DNA from: an uncultured virus (IMG/VR IMGVR_UViG_2061766007_000171)
Taxonomy: Duplodnaviria > Heunggongvirae > Uroviricota > Caudoviricetes
Direction: 5' to 3' (one strand)
Virus record (IMG/VR): IMGVR_UViG_2061766007_000171
Length of the DNA stretch: 28,523 nucleotides
Positions within the stretch are counted from its first letter, which is position 1. Every line of letters begins with the position of its first letter. Under the pieces are notes generated by a model. It ran no database searches. It was not told the origin of the DNA and was given only the letters and a program-made list of their open reading frames with translations. Below, one piece after another: positions 26,690 through 28,523 of the stretch. Position numbers and translations under genes: made by a program.

Positions 26690-26992
26690 ATGAAATACTG
26701 CAAAGCATGCGGGAAAGAGATAGAGGATGATACGAGATATTGTCCTTCTTGTGGAACGGAACAGTATACGAACGCTACACCTGATCGCGTGGTATACAGA
26801 GAGGTCAGAGTACAGGATGAGGAAATAGGCGTCGGTGCGATAGTACTGGCCATCCTCGGATTCATCATCCCGTTCATTGGTCTCATCGGCGGCATAGCGA
26901 TGCTGGCTGCCGGTAAGAGTAAGAGTGCCGGGATCATTGCTGTATCCACTGTCATAGGGTTCATCTTCTGGTTCTTCTTCTGGGGGTACTGA
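26690..26992 (+). CDS. zinc-ribbon membrane protein
   Basis: YCKACG...YCPSCG followed by hydrophobic helices. Confidence 0.8.
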   Translation: MKYCKACGKEIEDDTRYCPSCGTEQYTNATPDRVVYREVRVQDEEIGVGAIVLAILGFIIPFIGLIGGIAMLAAGKSKSAGIIAVSTVIGFIFWFFFWGY

Positions 26993-26993
26993 A

Positions 26994-27164
26994 ATGCGTT
27001 GTCCTTGCTGTGACAACGATGTTCTTCATGAGTTTCTCGGAGATGAATATGAAACCATATATGTATGTGAATTCTGTGGATGTGAATTCAAATACTCGAT
27101 CAAGATATTGAAAGAAGGTAAACAACCTGAAGACGATGAAGAACTCACATTGAGGGAGTGGTAA
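26994..27164 (+). CDS. small acidic zinc-ribbon protein (56 aa, paralog of 19225-19401)
   Basis: Hand-translated MRCPCCDND...YVCEFCGCEF...IKILKEGK. Confidence 0.7.
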   Translation: MRCPCCDNDVLHEFLGDEYETIYVCEFCGCEFKYSIKILKEGKQPEDDEELTLREW

Positions 27165-27406
27165 CATTGAACAAGAATATCGAATTCATAAGCGGATATT
27201 ATGATCTCTTACTTAGCGGTGAAATACCCGATGATTTTGAAGGCACGGATGAACAAGCAGAACAGTATGCGGATGTTGAATACCATCCTGCTACAAGCGA
27301 ACTGATCATCGGTCTTGGATCAGAATTCATAATCCTCGATAAAGAATCCATTCTGAATCTAAGAGACATGATCGATCTTGTTATCGAGAAGGAGAAGATA
27401 GAATGA
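27158..27406 (+). CDS. acidic hypothetical protein
   Basis: About 80 aa; start GTG 27158 or TTG 27167. Confidence 0.65.
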   Translation: MVTLNKNIEFISGYYDLLLSGEIPDDFEGTDEQAEQYADVEYHPATSELIIGLGSEFIILDKESILNLRDMIDLVIEKEKIE

Positions 27407-27729
27407 CTGGACACTGGGAAAGAGATGGGGAAGAATTCAACAACATCGACGAAATGTGGGATTACATTCGTGATAACGAATATTACTTTGACGACGTGGA
27501 TTTCGAAAGATGGCTGAATGAGAACTTCACAGCTGCGCAGATTGTTTTCGAATTAAAAGACGCCGAGTTCGCTGAATCAGTCTGGCTTGATTATCTGGAG
27601 AACTTTGAAGACTCTGTATGGGCACCGGATATTCAGGACGAACCCGTTGAGGGATTCGACTATCATTATGGGCCACACGGTGAATTCGAATTCGAATGGG
27701 TAGAAGATGAAGAGGAGGAAAAAGAATGA
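27403..27729 (+). CDS. highly acidic small protein (paralog of 21841-22152)
   Basis: MTGHWE...DFERW...VWLD...EDS...DY...WVED. Confidence 0.75.
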   Translation: MTGHWERDGEEFNNIDEMWDYIRDNEYYFDDVDFERWLNENFTAAQIVFELKDAEFAESVWLDYLENFEDSVWAPDIQDEPVEGFDYHYGPHGEFEFEWVEDEEEEKE

Positions 27730-27884
27730 AAGACGTTAGATTCATCAGAATGGAATTCATCGTTAGTAATGAATGTTCCGACGATAGATTCTATGATTTG
27801 ATCGATTGGTATCTTGATGAGATGGATCCGGATGATAGGAAATTCATAAAGGATTTTAGACTTATTGAAGAGGTAAAAGAATGA
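27726..27884 (+). CDS. small hypothetical protein (52 aa)
   Basis: Hand-translated MKDVRFIRMEF...; GGAGG RBS; ATGA overlaps at both ends. Confidence 0.65.
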   Translation: MKDVRFIRMEFIVSNECSDDRFYDLIDWYLDEMDPDDRKFIKDFRLIEEVKE

Positions 27885-28072
27885 TTGAAACAGAGAAAGC
27901 AATAGAGCTGGCATCGGCAAACGCATATCTGATGATAGCAAAACGTTGTGTCGAAAACGCGAGGACACGTCCATGCATTAACGAGGTAATGGGTGTGAGA
28001 CTAGAAGGGATATATGATGTCCTGGGTTATCTGTTGGATGAGATACATAAAATGGCATCTGAGGAGGAATGA
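27881..28072 (+). CDS. hypothetical protein
   Basis: 63 aa; GAGGT RBS. Confidence 0.65.
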   Translation: MIETEKAIELASANAYLMIAKRCVENARTRPCINEVMGVRLEGIYDVLGYLLDEIHKMASEEE

Positions 28073-28075
28073 GAA

Positions 28076-28306
28076 ATGGAAAGAAGACCGTTCTGTCCGC
28101 ACTGCGGATCAAAATATGTATTCTTCGACAGCAGTGAATACCAAGACGGAGATATGACTTGGGAAGCACGTACCGAGATGTGGCATTGCGGAGATTGCTG
28201 TGAAAGATTTGCCGTTCATACAGAATGGGTAATGACATGCTTCGGCTTTGCCGATGACAGCACACTGACAGGTCTGATGAACGATACGACATACGAGGCG
28301 AAGTGA
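28076..28306 (+). CDS. small zinc-ribbon protein
   Basis: CPHCGS...CGDC; GGAGG RBS. Confidence 0.7.
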   Translation: MERRPFCPHCGSKYVFFDSSEYQDGDMTWEARTEMWHCGDCCERFAVHTEWVMTCFGFADDSTLTGLMNDTTYEAK

Positions 28307-28308
28307 AC

Positions 28309-28523
28309 ATGGGTGCATCATTCTATGGATATATACCTACAGGACAACCTGTCTCTATGGCGTACTCTGCTGTGGAAAGATACCGCGAATATTTGATAAA
28401 GATGCGCGACAACAGAGTATTCGCTGACGAGAGAGTGTTGTGGGGCATCAAGGCATTTGTCAGACATCCAGACTGTGAGGGTGACTTCAGCACCGAGGAC
28501 TGTGAGTACATCAGCATCGCTCT
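28309..28523 (+). CDS. hypothetical protein, partial (HPDCEG motif)
   Basis: Open to the window end: MGASFYGYIP...HPDCEGDFSTEDC. Confidence 0.6.
   Translation, partial: MGASFYGYIPTGQPVSMAYSAVERYREYLIKMRDNRVFADERVLWGIKAFVRHPDCEGDFSTEDCEYISIA

Larger units (their letters stand above)
1..28523. mobile_element. segment of a probable large archaeal virus or extrachromosomal element
   Basis: Dense co-oriented small ORFans, phage-type families (Gp88, Lar, PcfJ, HNH, SSB), divergent PCNA, no housekeeping operons. Confidence 0.75.

Noticed and set aside
5560..28517. Numerous minus-strand ORFs within the plus-strand array
   Set aside because: They are antisense shadows with no RBS or motifs; the plus-strand genes tile the region.

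Overview
This window is most likely part of a large archaeal virus or extrachromosomal element. The evidence is an archaeal-type PCNA clamp, TATA-box promoters and GAGGTG/GGTGAT/GGAGG ribosome-binding sites. Gene style and one protein family point to a Methanomassiliicoccales-like host, which is an inference. Bases 1-3609 form a GC-richer minus-strand block: glutaredoxin-like, Lar-like Zn finger, PCNA, a multi-Zn-finger protein and three acidic proteins. A divergent control region with two winged-helix genes follows (3.6-5.2 kb). The rest is a ~23 kb plus-strand, increasingly AT-rich array of about 55 small, mostly acidic or Zn-binding genes that looks like an early/host-takeover region. Recognisable products there are a DUF669-like SSB, a degenerate ABC/AAA ATPase, a PcfJ-like protein, a degenerate M48/YgjP-like protein, an HTH protein, a Tad2/Lar-like fusion, Gp88, an HNH nuclease and a zinc-ribbon membrane protein. 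No capsid, terminase, integrase, RT, tRNA, rRNA or CRISPR was recognised. The most interesting non-coding signals are: (i) a ~172-nt highly structured, pseudoknotted RNA candidate at 6566-6737; (ii) a rod-like structured leader upstream of the SSB gene; (iii) six same-orientation copies of an ~18-bp motif TGAAATWCAWTTTATGAA at gene-block boundaries, three fused to stop codons and shaped like a dif/cer site; (iv) an origin-like region at 8.7-9.15 kb; (v) a TAATATATTA palindrome regulon. Duplications flanking the N-gaps (15-22.4 kb) look like scaffolding of two haplotypes. All family assignments come from motif recognition by eye, not from database searches.
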